Assembly: GCF_009914755.1 (NCBI RefSeq)
Contig: NC_060925.1
Strand: one strand, 5' to 3'
DNA from: the human T2T-CHM13v2.0 reference genome, Homo sapiens
Length of the DNA stretch: 64,000 nt
Under the pieces are notes generated by a model, which saw only the letters and a list, made by a program, of their open reading frames with translations, was not told the origin of the DNA and made no database searches. The translations under genes were made by a program, and so were the position numbers. Shown here piece by piece: positions 62,501 through 64,000 of the stretch. Position 1 is the first letter of the stretch. Each line of letters starts with the position of its first letter.

Positions 62501-63859
62501 TTAAAAGCAGGGTTTTCTTGAATTTTATTTTATTGTCTGGAATGTATCCTTAGTATTCCTGTTCATTTTCATAAGAATAGTGATTGCTTTTGAGTTCCAC
62601 ATGTACATCAGTGAAGTCTTATTCGTTGGTTAGAATTTGGGGGACAAATACCAAGAAAGGTCATGCATAGTCTTATTTGCTTGTTTGACTTTTGTGGGTA
62701 CTTGGACAAATTTGGCAGCTAATTGACTGTAAATTTGAAATATAGTGATTATTCGAGTAACTTAAAAAATTTAAGAGGTTCTTTTATATAATATAGATAA
62801 ATTGAATGCTTTTAAAAGTGGGAATTGGCTTTCATTGTCATTCTGCAGTTCTGATAAATGTCTTAGAATGTAGTAGTTTTTATTGTTACTGTACATACTA
62901 AGCCTTGTAAAAATAATGCTGTTAAGATTAGGTGTATGTGGTAAAACCTAATCAATTTATATTAAATACGGGGGAGAGTTTAGTTCTAATTACAGGCTTT
63001 AAAAAGTACAGCCTTTTTACGTGATTTAACTGTGTAACTCAAATTAAGTTACGTGTGTAACTTCTAGAGAATAAGCCTTAATATGTATGGAGAATATTTC
63101 TAAGTTACCTATGAAAACATCATAGGCCTCAATATATTAATACATTATAGTTACGTTATTTTTATTACATGACCCTTCTAATGTCTCAAAAATAGCTTTT
63201 TGTCATAATTTGGTAAATATCCAGTCATTGGACTAGTATCTCCTCAATTGGAAAGAACTGTAGTATGTAGGTGTATTTCATTCTAGCCTTTCAGCAAGTG
63301 ATCTGTGGGTAATACTCCAGTTAGCACTCTATTTTTCACACTGGGGTTTTGCTGAATAATTCATTTATAACCATAGCTTTAAGTTAGGTGTTTCTTCTTG
63401 CAAAGCCTATCTTCCTGATAATCAGTGGTTATTCTGTATTTTTAATAAGAAAGAAGCAATGCCATTGTTACAACCAAGTCAGAATGAAGATCTAACCTAC
63501 TTTGGTGATAGAAATACTATTTTCTAGTTTTTTTAGCTTGCTTCTCAGATGACCTACTTTTTTTAGTGGATATCATGGTTTTTACTTCTCATGTTATTTC
63601 TGTAGGATATTTCTGTTTCTTATAACCAAGCTGTTTGTAATAAGCTTCTATGCTAAACTGAAATGATTATTTAATATTTTCATTATGGAAAGTTTAAAAG
63701 TAATTCACAACATAATTATAAGGTCATACATATATGGTACACTACAAAATTTTATTCAGCTTACATTAAAGTAATGACATGATTCTGAGTGAAAGAAATA
63801 TGTCTACATGGTAGTAACTAATAGAGAAAATTACTCTTATAATAAATTAGAATATTCAA

Positions 63860-64000
63860 AGTATGTATTTATGGGGTACAATGTGATGTTTTGATATATG
63901 GATACATTGTGAAATGATTAAATCAAGCCAATTAACATATCAGTCACTTCACCTTTTTTGTGGTGAGAACATTTAAGGTCTATTCTTGGATTAGCAATTT
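63860..64000 (-). mobile_element. L1MA 3' end (runs off the window)
   Basis: gtatttatggggtacaatgtgatgttttgatatatg...aatcaagccaattaacatatc...tgtggtgagaacatttaa. Confidence 0.75.

Overview
Human (primate) genomic DNA, mostly interspersed repeats, with no prokaryotic features. It appears to be the intergenic region upstream of SYT14 (synaptotagmin-14, chr1q32.2) plus its CpG-island promoter, first exon (ATG GCG ATT GAA G|gtaagt = MAIEG...) and about 13 kb of intron 1. The gene call is from recall of the N-terminus; exon 2 is not in the window. The main element is a full-length, minus-strand human-specific L1 (L1HS pre-Ta signature), about 18 kb upstream of SYT14. It has an intact ORF1 and an intact antisense ORF0, while ORF2 carries two nonsense codons (W937*, W1145*). 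It also appears to carry a ~375-bp 3' transduction (second poly(A), its own AATAAA and the TSD lie beyond the extra segment). Its antisense promoter points at SYT14, and ORF0 splice donor 1 has the same phase (1) as SYT14 exon 1, which predicts a possible in-frame ORF0-SYT14 chimera. Other items: two same-orientation solo LTR12 (ERV9) elements, a MER85 piggyBac MITE with an intact CSB-PGBD3-binding palindrome ~1.8 kb upstream of the SYT14 start, a REST/RE1 motif and an out-of-frame uATG at the promoter, a near full-length Tigger1, many Alus, MaLR/ERVL LTRs and a perfect 62-bp tandem duplication. Repeat subfamily names and old-repeat boundaries were called by eye and are approximate.
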